DNA from: Eledone cirrhosa
Taxonomy: Eukaryota
Length of the DNA stretch: 64,000 nt
Reading direction: 5' to 3'
NCBI GenBank assembly: GCA_964016885.1
Contig: OZ024740.1
Coordinates: 144,646,001 to 144,710,000, forward strand
Part shown: piece by piece, positions 1-12,344 of the stretch
Numbering within the stretch: the stretch's first letter is position 1
Layout: every line of letters begins with the position of its first letter
Translations under genes and position numbers: made by a program
Notes under the pieces: generated by a model
Database searches by the model: none
Seen by the model: only the letters and a program-made list of their open reading frames with translations
What the model was told of the DNA's origin: nothing

Positions 1-485
1 TATATATATAGATATACACACACACACATAAATATATACAGATATATATATATAGATATATATCGATATATATAGATATATATATATATATATATAGATA
101 TATATATATACACACACACATATATATATAGATATATATATATACACACACATATATATATATATAGATATATATATATACACACACATATATATATAGA
201 TAGATATATATATATACACACACATATATATATATATAGATATATATATATACACACACATATATATATAAATAGATATATATATATACACACACATATA
301 TATATATATAGATATATATATACACACACACATATATATATATATAGATATATATATACACACACACATATATATATATATAGATATATATATACACACA
401 CACATATATATATATACACACACACACATATATATATATAGATATATATATACACACACACATATATATATATAGATATATATAT

Positions 486-518
<33 letters not shown>

Positions 519-527
519 CACACAGAC

Positions 528-560
<33 letters not shown>

Positions 561-563
561 GAC

Positions 564-594
<31 letters not shown>

Positions 595-729
595 GACATA
601 TATATATATATATATACACACAGACATATATATATATATATATACACACAGACATATATATATATATATATATATACACACAGACATATATATATATATA
701 TATACACACAGACATATATATATATATAT

Positions 730-779
<50 letters not shown>
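1..779. repeat. Compound (TA)n/(CA)n microsatellite ending in (GA)n
   Basis: Visible TATATA/CACACA/GATATA units; (GA)n at ~733-778. Confidence 0.97.
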
Positions 780-780
<1 letters not shown>

Positions 781-1810
781 TGAAACATTCCCAGCATCGT
801 TACGTAACTACCCTTGCAAACAAGACCTGGCAACTGAGGGAAAGTAACCATCAATACACCCTGAAGTGGAAAAAAGTATCTAATGCACCCCCATATCGGA
901 GTGGTATGAGAAGCTGTCGATTATGTGACCTCGAGCTGTTCCACATTTTGAGTTCGAAGAAGAAGTTACTCAACGATAAAATTGAAAGATCAATTTATTG
1001 TAACCATAGACTCAAAGAAAAGTTTTCTCACTACAAGTGCAAATCGAACCCTTAACCTCTTGCTACCACCTGACAAACTGCATATACTTAGACTTTCTAC
1101 CCTCTTATTGTATCTAACCCATTTAATTACCCACAAAAACCAATACCCCTCCCTTCGCCTTCATTCCTTTTCTATTTCTTTTCGTTTTTTTCCTTTCTTC
1201 TCTCCCCTTTTTGCCTATCTTTTCTTTTCTTCTCCCCCCCCCTTTATTTTTTATATATATATTTATCTCTCCATCCCTCCCACTATAAACAATTTAATTC
1301 TCTTTAACTCACTACACTTTAAATCAACAACAGACATGACTGATCAAGGAATCCTTCCACCTCTACGCCTCCCTCCATCTCAGTTTGTCACAGGACTTCC
1401 TAATTCTTCTCCCCCTTCCTCTCTCTCTATACTATTCAGTTTGTCCCTCCACTTTCTAATTCCTCTTCCTCTCTCTCTATACTAGTAAATACAATTCCCC
1501 CCAAAAATGTTTTTCTATGTATTAAGAACTTTTTAAGAGTAACTTACTCACTATTTTGAACAATTATTATTGAGTGGTTGCTATTTGCAGTACAGCAATA
1601 TGAGGTTGCACCTACCAATGGAACGGTCGTAAATACCTGGATAAAATCCTTTTTTTAATGCTTACCTGTGTTTTCTCTTTTATACTTTAAGATTGAACAA
1701 AATTCTTACAAACTTGTGGAGTTACCCCTAACCGTACGTTGAAACCATCCATGAAACTGGCTTTCTTAACCACGAACTGGATCACAATAAGCAATTTTCT
1801 GCTTCCCTAA
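780..1810 (+). mobile_element. Penelope-like element (PLE) 3' fragment: GIY-YIG endonuclease C-terminus plus 3' UTR
   Basis: ORF 780-1055 ([48 protein letters not shown]) resembles the PLE GIY-YIG C-terminus; bounded by microsatellites. Confidence 0.8.
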
Positions 1811-2244
1811 CTATATATATATATACATACATGTATATCATCAGATGATGTGTGTATATATATATATATATATATTTTTTTTTTCCGTTAATATATCATA
1901 AAAATTTTATGCTTTTAATAGCAATTTAACAATGTGTTAATAGCTACTCTTTTGCCAGTCAAAGTTTACAATTGATAATTCACTTTTGCCATCTGCTAAA
2001 AATTAATTACTTGAGATGAATAAGTGTCCTGAAATGTTGCTACAGTTTAACTGACTCATGGTCTTAATTTCTTGAGATATAGCTTTTATGAATAATCATG
2101 ATGATGATAATAGTGCTGCTTTGCTACTTCATTTGAATAAACATTTCCATAAAAGTTTACGATAATGTCGTGTACACACATATACAAACTTCGAACATTG
2201 GTATAACAATGAGATCATATTCTGATTACATACATACGTACATA

Positions 2245-2395
2245 CATACATGACGATGATGATGATGATGATGGCTGCAACTTGATTTTGAGTAATACCA
2301 TCGCTTGATTCTTCAGTATGAGCATCATGGACATGGCTTTTTAGTCCTGCTGGGGACTTGCCTATGGCCAGCAATACAATGCATTGCAAAAAATG
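2245..2395 (-). mobile_element. 3' end of C2H2-zinc-finger RTE LINE
   Basis: Minus peptide KSPAGLKSHVHDAH; 3' end similar to that of the element at 59127-61560; (CAT)n tail. Confidence 0.6.
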
Positions 2396-2769
2396 TCATA
2401 TCAAGCGATGCCTGTGCCTAAAACTTTTTTTAAGTGAGGAAAGGCTTTGCATGGGGCCAATTCCACTCTCTGAACATCGAATGCATTTGCCCAAAAAGAA
2501 GATCTGGTCTACATCATTGGATGCAAATGAAATCACAGGTTTTATATCAGAGAGACCTTCTCCTAGAGAGATGTCTTAATGAAGACAAGAAGACTCTCGC
2601 TTTACAAAATAAAAAAATTTATTGGATGGCCGTTGACTCTCCTGTCTTCCTCCACTACCCAGTACAACCTGTGCATGGTCGGGTTGTCGGCAACTAAACC
2701 GCAACCCTACCAAGCTTGGTTGGTGAGTAGGGTGATTTTGGACACACTGCAGGATGAAATATGTACATA

Positions 2770-3565
2770 CAGCTTTTGAGTATCGCATCATGTCCCTCCG
2801 ACAACATCGACTAACCACCAAGCGTAGGAGCATCTATTGAGCCAGTCTGTCTACATGAGACAGATAAGATCATGAGAGTTGGGAAGGAACTCCTTGAAAA
2901 ATGCTCTTTGCATGATAATCAAAAACTCACATCCAAGAGAATTGCCCAGCAATACCAGTGAATCCATGGATGAAAAGCTCATGCTTATCAGCAAAAAAAA
3001 TCAGGCATGGAGGCTCACAAGTGAGAGTAATATAGATAAGCAAAGTAGTCTTTCTTGGACCAATCTCACTTTTGAAGGATATGCTTTTGCAATCCAAGAA
3101 CGGGAAATAAATACAAAATACCTCATTCACAAAAGAGATAGGGATGCAAGCAAAACACCTAGATGTGACAACAATTGCAGACTCTGCAGAATTAACATTG
3201 AAGATGTCATCCATGTCATAAGCAGCTGTCGAAAGATGTCATCACAGTACTATCTACCTATGAGGCATGACATAGTGGCCAAAACACTGTACAATGCAAT
3301 CCATAGAAAAGATAGCCCTGACAATAAACATTAAAAGTTACAGCAATGTGGAAAACATATACGTACATAATATGAAAGAATAATGGTGGAATGTTCCAGT
3401 CAAAATCCTAATAAAATGCAAGCATAACAAACCAGATATAATGATATGGGACAGGGAAAAGAAGGTATGCACAGTAGTGGAAGTCAGCTGCCCAGCAGAT
3501 GCCAATATAGTATTAAAGATTAGTGAAAAGGAGAACATCTATGCAGAACTAATGAAGAATCTATA
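2770..3565 (+). mobile_element. R4/Dong-like non-LTR retrotransposon C-terminal fragment (restriction-like endonuclease), decayed
   Basis: EGYAFAIQE..CRLC..EDVIHVISSC..RHDIVA (CCHC knuckle + RHD), then after a frameshift NKPDIMIWD..VVEVSCP (PD-(D/E)xK-like). Confidence 0.85.
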
Positions 3566-3569
3566 GGTC

Positions 3570-3692
3570 TAATTTGCCATTCATCCTTTTGTGGTTGATA
3601 AAATAAAGTACCAGTCATATACTGGGGTTGATGGAAATGACTTTTCCCTCTCCACAAACTGCTGGCCTTGTGCTTAAATTAGAAGTCATTAT
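3570..3692 (+). mobile_element. 5'-truncated SINE (family of 27083-27270)
   Basis: gccattcatccttt..gataaaataaagtaccag..ctgctggccttgtgc core and tail. Confidence 0.65.
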
Positions 3693-4088
3693 TACTCTGA
3701 GGATTTGCAAGAAAATAGATTCAGTAGTAAACAGTATTATCAGCTTAACCTAGCTAAGGAACTTCATATGTTGCTAATGACCATGAATTTCACAACTTCA
3801 CACTACTCTTTCTTTTATGAATATTTGTGGCTTTATGCTTATGCAAAAAAAACTTTCCAACTAGAACAGTTTATCAACAAATCTATAAGTTTGTTCAGTT
3901 GCTAGCTATGGTGATTATGTATTGGTCTACTTACAAAATACCTAATAGTTCATACCATATGATTTGTGTTGTGTGCCCACAGCAAAGATACTTAATACTT
4001 AAAGCCCTATTTCAAGTTGTAAGAAAAGGGTTATCATAAAAAATAAGAGTGTTTACCAATGCAAGTTGTAGTAGCATCATAAAATTAA

Positions 4089-4307
4089 CTCTTAACGTCC
4101 TGTACCACATGAAACTACATTAGCAAGACATTCTCGAATAGTACAAAATAGCACAATGACTGATTCACATAAAAAATTATAGTCTTTACTTCAGTTTACT
4201 GCAAATTTTCCCAACTATCTATTCATTAATGAAGATGCTATAAACATTTGAATTATCAAACCCAATTTTTAGATATTTTCTGCTAAACCATTACAAAATG
4301 TTAAGAG
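4089..4307. mobile_element. piggyBac-like MITE with TTAA target duplication
   Basis: TTAA|CTCTTAACG...ATGTTAAGAG|TTAA; homologous to inverted copy at 5493-5700. Confidence 0.75.
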
Positions 4308-5099
4308 TTAATGGCCATTTGGATAGTAATAAGTTCTGCCAGACTGATTTTCTCTAGAAATACATTAAACATTTTTTTAGTCATATTCCAGTGAGTTATA
4401 TAACATTTCATAGATGCCTGAGCATAAATTCTGACCAGAATAAACTTAAGATAATCCACAGGTGTTCTATAATAAAAAAAAATTAAAAAACATTGAATAA
4501 AGAACAATTCAGCAATTTATTTCCTCACAGAGAGCACCATAAAAATCTTTTTTTTTATGTAAGCAGGATAAAATAAGTGTATGTACTGAATCAAAAGAAA
4601 AATCTGTCTTGTTTTACTATTATATTTAGATTGAAGAGTCCATTTTTAGTGAGACTATAGCTAAAATAACTGATGATGAGAATTATGTCAAAGTACTAAA
4701 GTTGGTAATATAAACTTTTGCTTTTCATTGCTACCTTATGGTGTCACCCACTTTCAGAAGTTTTGTGCTAAAAATGGCATTACATAGAGTTTTACTTTCA
4801 TTGTTTTTGTTTTGTTATAATCTTACTGAATGAAAAATAGATTTTCTACACCCTTTTTATCACAAATGCTTAAATTATCTTTTATAATATTTGGGAAATA
4901 GAACAATACCACAGAAACTTCTCACCAATAACAATATTGATTTCTTTTCAATTGGCACAGAACATTTTTTTCTGGAGATAGGGTACAGTCAAACATTTGA
5001 GAAAAGCTATAGAAACTTCTCACCAATAATGATAATACAGATTTCTTTTCAATGGACACAAAACATGAGACTTGTTGCCCTCACAAAGGAAATAAATAT

Positions 5100-5278
5100 C
5101 AGATGTAGACCATGAACAAGATGGATGGATAACATACATGAGCTCAGCTGGTCTCACTTAATGATCCAGCTGGATCAATTGGAGACAGTTGCTTCTGATA
5201 GAACCCCATGGAAGGCATGTCTGAGGACTCCCTCTGCCTCCATGACCTTCCCAGGAATAAGTGACAAAAAAGAAGAAA
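5100..5278 (+). mobile_element. REX3/Expander-like RTE 3' fragment
   Basis: RP*TRWMDNIHELSWSHLMIQLDQLETVA..W; related to 23462-24215. Confidence 0.65.
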
Positions 5279-5492
5279 ACTTAATATAAATGTTATTTGG
5301 TGTTATAATAATTTTAGTAATCAACATATTCAAATTATTTTGTGTGAATAAGGTGTGTAGGGCATGAGGTCAGCTCCATGCTTGAAAAATCATGAATATC
5401 ACATATTCCCCTGCATTCCCCCTAAAAAAATAAGACCTGGGGCCTTTGCACATTTCCAAAAAGAAACCTTGCTTTGTAAAAATTGTATTTAA

Positions 5493-5700
5493 CTCTTAAC
5501 ATTCCAAGTAAAAAATATTTAAAAGCAAGTTTCTTAATTCAAATGTTTATAGTTTCCTTATGAGTGGACAGATTTTTGTGAAAATTTGCAGTATTCGTGT
5601 AAAGACTTTAAATTTTAATGTGAGACAGCCATAATGATGTTTTCCACTTTCCAAAGACTGTCTTGCTGATGCAGTTTAATGTGCTTCAGGACGTTAAGAT
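5493..5700. mobile_element. piggyBac-like MITE, inverted copy of 4089-4307
   Basis: TTAA|CTCTTAAC...GGACGTTAAGAT|TTAA; reverse complement aligns along the first copy. Confidence 0.75.
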
Positions 5701-5826
5701 TTAAAAATCGATTATATTCAGATACTCATTTCTAATTGTGTAAAACCTATATGATTTAATACAAAAAACTATTTGATTACCTGTCAACACTTACATTGAG
5801 TTTTCTAAATGTATTTATTTACATTC

Positions 5827-7762
5827 ACACCATGGTCACCCGGATAGTCAACCAAGTCATACAGAATGGGGTTGTTCCGAAGGACTGGCGTAGCAGCATT
5901 ATCGTTAACTGTTATAAGGGTAAAGGAGATGCCCTAGATAGGAGTAACTATAGAGGCATTAAATTAATCGACCAGGTCATGAAGGTCACGGAAAAAGTAA
6001 TAGCGCAACTAATCAGAGAGCGAATTGATCTAGATGAAATGCAGTTCGGGTTTGTGTCAGGAAAAAGTACCACAGACGCTCTTTTCATTGTACGACAACT
6101 ACAGGAGAAGTACCTAGCTAAAAGTAAACCCTTATACTTAGCATTCGTCGACTTGGAGAAGGCCTTCGACAGAGTCCCCCGTTCCATTATCTGGTGGGCT
6201 CTTAGAAAACTAGGTGTTGATGAATGGCTTGTGAGAGCTATACAAGCCATGTATAAAGAAACAGTCAGCTTGGTTAGAATTAACAACGAATATAGTGAAG
6301 AGTTTAGTGTAAAAGTTGGTATTCATCAGGGCTCTGTTCTTAGCCCCCTACTATTTATTATTGCCCTCCAGGCTATAACAGTGGAGTTCAAGACCGGCTG
6401 CCCATGGGAACTCCTATACGCAGATGATCTAACGCTCATAGCTGAATCAATGGCCGAGCTAGAGAAGAAATTCCAAACATGGAAGCACGGCCTAGAATCA
6501 AAAGGCCTTAAAATTAACCTGGCTAAGACTAAAGTTCTAGTTTGTAAGAAAGAAAATAAGGCGGCGGTCACCTCCGGGAAGTGGCCATGCGCAGAGTGTA
6601 GGAAAGGCGTAGGTAGAAATTCCATTTTGTGTCCCAAATGCAAAGTTTGGGTGCATAAAAGATGTAGTGGGATCACAGGTAAGCTAACTAAGAACATAGA
6701 TTTTACATGTGGCCGGTGTTCTGGGGCAATAAGTAGCAGCAAGTGCCCACAAAATACTAGCTCTTTCAACTGCGCAGAGGGTTCTATAGAAATAGTGGAC
6801 AGCTTCCGTTACCTGGGTGACAAAATCAGCAGTGGGGGAGGGTGCTCTGAAAGTACAGTAGCTAGAGTCAGAACTGGGTGGAAAAAGTTCAGAGAGCTTA
6901 TACCACTATTAGCCGCTAAAGAGTTCTCCCTAAAAATGAAAGGCAGGCTGTACGATGCCTGCATACGAACAGCAATGTTGCATGGCAGTGAGACCTGGGC
7001 ATTGTGTGCAGAGGATATACGCAGACTAGAGAGAAACGAAGCTTGCATGCTCCGCTGGATGTGTAATAGTAATATACGTGAACGACAAAGCATAAACGAA
7101 CTAAGGAAAAAATTAGAAATAAGAGGGATCAGATGTTGTTTACTAGAGAGAAGGCTACGTTGGTATGGTCACGTGATGCGCATGAAGGACGATAGCTGTA
7201 TAACAAAGTGCAGGGCAATAAAGATAGACAGTAGCCACGGAATAGGCAGACCCAGAAAAACCTGGGACGAGCTGATAAACTCCGACCTCACACACTTACA
7301 CCTCACCAAGACAATGTCACTGGACCGAGACCTTTGGCGGTACTCAGTAATAGAGAAGACCCGCCTTACCTAAATACAAAGTAAAACCTACTACAGTCAG
7401 TAGGCATCTCTAACAAAATACACCCCCGTCCCACCACCCCCACCCCATCCACACCGCCCCCTTCTATGTAAAGTTATGTTGGTGCCACACCATCCAGGCC
7501 GAAACAAATGAGATCGTGTAGGTGTCACGACAAAAAAACACACAGTCCACGCTGTAATGTGGCCGTGTAGGCAACACGGTAAAAACCTCCCAGACCCACA
7601 CTGTAAATGTGGTTGGTGTTAGGAAGGGCATCCAACTGTAGAAAACCTGCCAGACAGTCCTATGCGAGCAAGACAATAACTCTTGCCTCAAGTGGGAAAA
7701 CCCCCGTCCAAACCCATGCAAGCGTGGAACACGGACGTTAAACGTTGATGATGATGATGATG
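5827..7762 (+). mobile_element. RTE-clade LINE with PHD finger in the RT, 5'-truncated, young copy
   Basis: Uninterrupted RT ORF, 3' UTR and (GAT)n tail; near-identical to 26056-26949 and 19165-19570. Confidence 0.95.
5829..7373 (+). CDS. Partial ORF2 of RTE LINE: reverse transcriptase with inserted PHD finger and thumb/C-terminal region
   Basis: Motifs NYRGIKL, QFGF, FVDLEKAFD, HQGSVLSP, LYADD, FRYLG, LRWYGHV, GRPRKTW; open frame but no native start (5' truncated). Confidence 0.9.
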   Translation, partial: TMVTRIVNQVIQNGVVPKDWRSSIIVNCYKGKGDALDRSNYRGIKLIDQVMKVTEKVIAQLIRERIDLDEMQFGFVSGKSTTDALFIVRQLQEKYLAKSKPLYLAFVDLEKAFDRVPRSIIWWALRKLGVDEWLVRAIQAMYKETVSLVRINNEYSEEFSVKVGIHQGSVLSPLLFIIALQAITVEFKTGCPWELLYADDLTLIAESMAELEKKFQTWKHGLESKGLKINLAKTKVLVCKKENKAAVTSGKWPCAECRKGVGRNSILCPKCKVWVHKRCSGITGKLTKNIDFTCGRCSGAISSSKCPQNTSSFNCAEGSIEIVDSFRYLGDKISSGGGCSESTVARVRTGWKKFRELIPLLAAKEFSLKMKGRLYDACIRTAMLHGSETWALCAEDIRRLERNEACMLRWMCNSNIRERQSINELRKKLEIRGIRCCLLERRLRWYGHVMRMKDDSCITKCRAIKIDSSHGIGRPRKTWDELINSDLTHLHLTKTMSLDRDLWRYSVIEKTRLT

Positions 7763-9179
7763 ATTCAATGACTTATGTTTAACATACCTGAATGTAAATA
7801 TAGACACGCGGTTGTGAAAGCTAATATATATGCCAGGTCACGTGTTGTTACTGATGGCCTAGTTGACTATCCCAGTTCACTCAAGTGTAATTAAATAAAT
7901 GGTTCAACAAACAATTTCACATACTAACACCTGAATGAAAACATTAAAGTAACATTATGCACTATATGATGCCCTAAGCGTGTGTTTATTTTGCTTAATT
8001 GTTAAACCAGCCTTTTTAATTGGTCTAACAGTTAAAGGTTATGCTCTCAGCCTCATTGGATTTCATCCGCTCCAGTCCGTTTAAAAGCACTCATATTCCC
8101 TCAATCAAGTTATTTATTATTATATTAGACAATATCCAAAAGAAAAAAAATATCATTTGATAGTGTTTACTCGACAATTTCAGCTCGATGCAAATAATAT
8201 TACATACAACATGGAATATGTGACATAATTCGAGGGGTAAAATGTACTCATACAAATATATTTTCATATTTGTAAATGTATGGGAGATTTCCAAAAAAAC
8301 AAGTGCCATGTGGAAACTTTATATCGATTAATACAGCAGTTTATAGGGTTGAGATAATGATAGATATCGTGAGTACTTTTCAAAAAGAAAAAAGAAGTCT
8401 TGAAGCGTTTAGGTAGCTTGTTGCAGGTGACATTTCTAAGACACGAACAAATGTCACGCTTTAAGACAATAAAAGAGAAGAATTTAAAAGCACTACCCAC
8501 GAGTTGCTTTCACATAATTATATTCGTCCCGCTATTTCATTTGTTTTTTGTATTAGATACAAATGGTATTTATTTAAATGCATTCTATTGAAATAATTTC
8601 ATTCTTACATATATCGTCACAAAACCAAAGAGGGTACCTTTATGCGATCGCTCAATCTACTAATAATAGTAACGAAATTCACATTTTATCACCTTAACAA
8701 AGGAAGAAAGAACACACTGGACAATAGTCCTAAATGACGGTATGACCACAGCTGGAAGGCCTTTGAACACTAATCAGGGATGACATGAAAATAAACACAA
8801 ACACTACTACCATACCCATCAACGGACATGTTGGTACATCTATTCAACATTTTAATTCCTAAGCGCATGCACGCACACACACGCGTAATTATACACACAG
8901 TACTGTTAACGCAAAGACACATAAATAGATTTGAATGTAAAATTCTTTGAGAGAACCAATGAAGAAAACCTCTAATCGGTCGCTTGGCCTGCTAGAAAGA
9001 ATAGCCACATTTCCCTCAGATCATATCATAGTTATAAAATAAGAAGGACAGGTTGAATAATGTAGTCCTGGATATAAAAAGAGAAGGAATGGTCAAGATT
9101 AGAAAGTTTACTAGCGCAGTGCTAGTTTTGGGGCAGAAAAATAAACTTTGATAAAAGTTCTTTTGAAATGTTTCCTTAC

Positions 9180-9355
9180 CTGAACAAGTGTCCATCTCTG
9201 TCCACAAAATAACTACCCCGTTCGTCTCGAGGCCAATTGGATTCTTTAGATAGAATTTCATAGAACAAAGTGTCTGGCTGACTAAGTAATGTTTCACGAG
9301 TAGTCGTATAAAACATACCGCCAACATTTAATTTTACAATCCTTCTGTCAGCCAT
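9180..9355 (-). CDS. First coding exon of a KCTD-family BTB/POZ (T1) domain protein
   Basis: MADRRIVKLNVGGMFYTTTRETLLSQPDTLFYEILSKESNWPRDERGSYFVDRDGHLFR; hallmark LNVGG..YTT and YF.DRDG..FR; in-frame stop upstream of the ATG; phase-2 donor AG|gtaagg at 9179. Confidence 0.92.
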
Positions 9356-10380
9356 CGCACCCTGAAATGCAGTCTTCTTTGTATACTTGAAGTTATTCAG
9401 TTTCGACTTTTGTCAAAACTTTCTCTAGTGAAAACTCACTGCCGTATGCAGCGAAAATAGTTGGAAATATATATCTTGCAACCCGGGAGTTCCAAATTAT
9501 GGGCAAATGTAGAAAGCTTAACATAAGTCAAGCTTTTTTGTGAGTGTGAGTGAATATTTCGTGGTGTTAATATATGAGTAGTCTGTCTTCAGTTTTAATC
9601 TTCAGTATGCTATAAGCATATTAAAATATATTCTTGCAGAAAATGCTGTACATTTTGGAAATTATTTTAGGAAATAAACTGCAAAATAAAAAATAAAAGA
9701 GATATGTTGGATAAATCTATTATAAAACTTTAGACTATTTAATGAAAATGATTACGGACTTTATAAAGATTTAGCAAACTCAATAGGAAGCTTCTGGTTT
9801 CAAATTATTCGTTGGCAGGTTTCTTTAAATGCCGTTCACTTCAAAAGGATCGCGATTTCTCTAGATTCTATAAGCCTACCAATAATGATTACACATACAT
9901 TTATATAGAATGAGACTTTTTTTTAGAAATTACCGAAATATATATTCTAAATAGTATGTAATGGTTGTATATTGATAATTACAAATATTAAAGTGATATT
10001 TTGAAGCTAAATCTTTAAATTATACCTTTTTCTTATTCAAACGGTAAATAATTTTAAAAACCATATGTTAGCATAAAAACATTTTATTTCATTTTCTTCT
10101 TTTCAACTATATTTACATATTTTATCATTATGTAAAAAGATACAGTTCTTTAAGATAATATTCTAAGAACTTTGATAAACTGATATTGAAAAATGGATAA
10201 AGAGAATAAACATTGACTTTACGATAAATTAAATTTTAAAAAGGTAATCGTTAATATTATATCAATATAAACATTGAATAGTTAAACTCCATTCAAAAGA
10301 AAATTATGTCACTAGAAGAAACAACAAAACCGATTTGATTAAAAGAAAAAAAAGCGTACCATTCACTTGTTCCACTTCCT

Positions 10381-10662
10381 TATATATAAACCAGCATCGG
10401 TAAAGAACCTAACACTACTTTTGTCGTGTACTTCAAAGAGTTGAAATGTTTTAAAATAGACGGCTGCATTTTAACAAAGACATTCTGAATCTGATGGAGG
10501 TTGTGTATATGTGTTGGTATTCTGTTGACAGTTGTGCCAATTCTTAGTTGTTTTTTTTATTTGTTTTTTTTTTATCCCACACTATACTAAAAATACCCGA
10601 TTATAAAACAGTATATAACAAACCTCGCATTAATCTCTGCAACTTCTACGTCCACAGTAAGT
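10381..10662 (+). promoter_or_regulatory. Possible TATA box and first non-coding exon of a transcript divergent from the KCTD gene
   Basis: TATATATAAA at 10381-10390 and CA|gtaagt donor at 10657, in largely repeat-free sequence. Confidence 0.3.
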
Positions 10663-11836
10663 TTCAAGAAAGATTGAAGTTTGTATCATGAAGTAGAATA
10701 ATGAAAGTAGCTGTGTGAGGTGGGGATATTTCAGTTTAAACCACCACGTTTCAACTTCTCAACTATTTGCAGGAAATTTCTGTTTTGTTCGGGTTGTTTT
10801 TTTGTTGTTTTTTTTGCTTTTGTTTTCGTTTTTTTTGTCTGAGATATTTCCTTATATTTGCTTTTAAAAACATATATATAGTGGCCTTCGAACAATCCTT
10901 TTTTTTTTTTTTTTCTTACGCTACACGAGCTGGAAGTTATGTTGTTTTAGGCGACAATACAAACTGTCAGCTTGAAACCAGAATTTCGCAGCTAAATGAC
11001 ATGCTGGGAAAAAAGGCAAAAGATATTTACTATTTGTGTGGCGCCGGAGTTTTAAAAGGGGAAAACAAAGCGTCGTCTACTTTTATAAGGAAAAAAATTG
11101 AAAAGGGAAAGAAGACAAAACGTCCGAACTACTACACAACTTTAGAAATAGCGCAATAAGAATGCTTTGACATCAAGTTTTGTGTATGTGGCTGAGTGTG
11201 TGTGCTACTAACAGTGGTCGATCAGCTGTGAGCAGAAATAGCACAACCGCGAAAGTTTTATTAAACAAACAAATGAAAAACTAACAAGCATATATTTCGA
11301 TTATTTCCAGTAAATATACAACTTATGGTGACAGGCGGTAACAATAAAGATGTATTTATGTGTGTATATATATAATATATATATTAACGTTATACTTTTT
11401 ATTTTACAAATGTATACTTTTATCTTACAAATTCAAATGGGGAATAAATATATATAATAATTTAATGTTTCTTTTGAATAAGATGCTCAGTAATTACGTC
11501 GGAAATATATGGAGAGTTGAAGTAGCAGACCGACGGAGTAATTTCTAATAATTGCTTAACGCTGCTTGTAGTCAACGTTGGTGCTGTTTTTGTCACATAG
11601 AACTTCTATTTGCTAACAAGGGTTGAGGAAGGAAAGTAGTTTCTTCTTTCTTCCCTTTTTTTTTTTAGGCAGACGAAATATTTCATTTTGAGACATTTGA
11701 AAATTGAAACAAGCTGGTCGTGGAAATACGGTATTCCTACAGAGATTAAGTACATGGGTACTATAGGTAATTAGAGAGTCCCTGTTAGCTTGGGATTAGG
11801 AAACAAACGAATCTTTCTCTTTTCTCTCTCACACAC

Positions 11837-11884
<48 letters not shown>

Positions 11885-12146
11885 ATACTGTTACAAGATT
11901 AAAAACAAAGGAATTCTATGGAGGATTTGCAAAACAACCAGACGAAGTGTCCTAGATTTACACTATTATATATATATATATATGTGTGTGTGTATTTTTA
12001 CATCCTTTTTTTAAGGCAGTATTCTATGAATGGATACCTTTCTGACACCATATTGTTTATGTAAGACAACCAAATGTCACCAGTTGCCATGATGTCAATT
12101 CAAAACGAAGACAAACACATACACACTCAAATGTATCTACCTACCT

Positions 12147-12320
12147 CAGACCTGTCAACTCTCTCCGTCCACGGGAGATCTCCCATTCATTCGGGGTGGG
12201 TGAGAGATGGGTATAGCTTTCATTCTGTAAAATCTCCCCCATTTTGCCTCATTTCTCCCCCGTTTTGGGACACTTTTCCATGGAACTCCCTGTTTGGGGT
12301 TTTAGTAGTTGGCAGGTCTG
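12147..12320. mobile_element. hAT-like MITE with 6-bp target duplication
   Basis: TIRs CAGACCTGTCAACT / AGTTGGCAGGTCTG (13/14); CTACCT duplicated at 12141-12146 and 12321-12326. Confidence 0.8.
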
Positions 12321-12344
12321 CTACCTGCCTACCTACATACATAC

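Noticed and set aside
1590-1640. Possible hammerhead in the first PLE 3' UTR (ggaacggtcgta)
   Set aside because: Both conserved boxes are mismatched.
2400-2610. Possible transposase remnant (LYQRDLLLERCL)
   Set aside because: Too short and degraded to assign.
7788-7931. Minus-strand exon-like segment as KCTD exon 2
   Set aside because: Stops in all three frames and no BTB continuation.
9016-9327. 103-aa minus ORF from the track
   Set aside because: Shadow frame of the KCTD exon reading into the intron.
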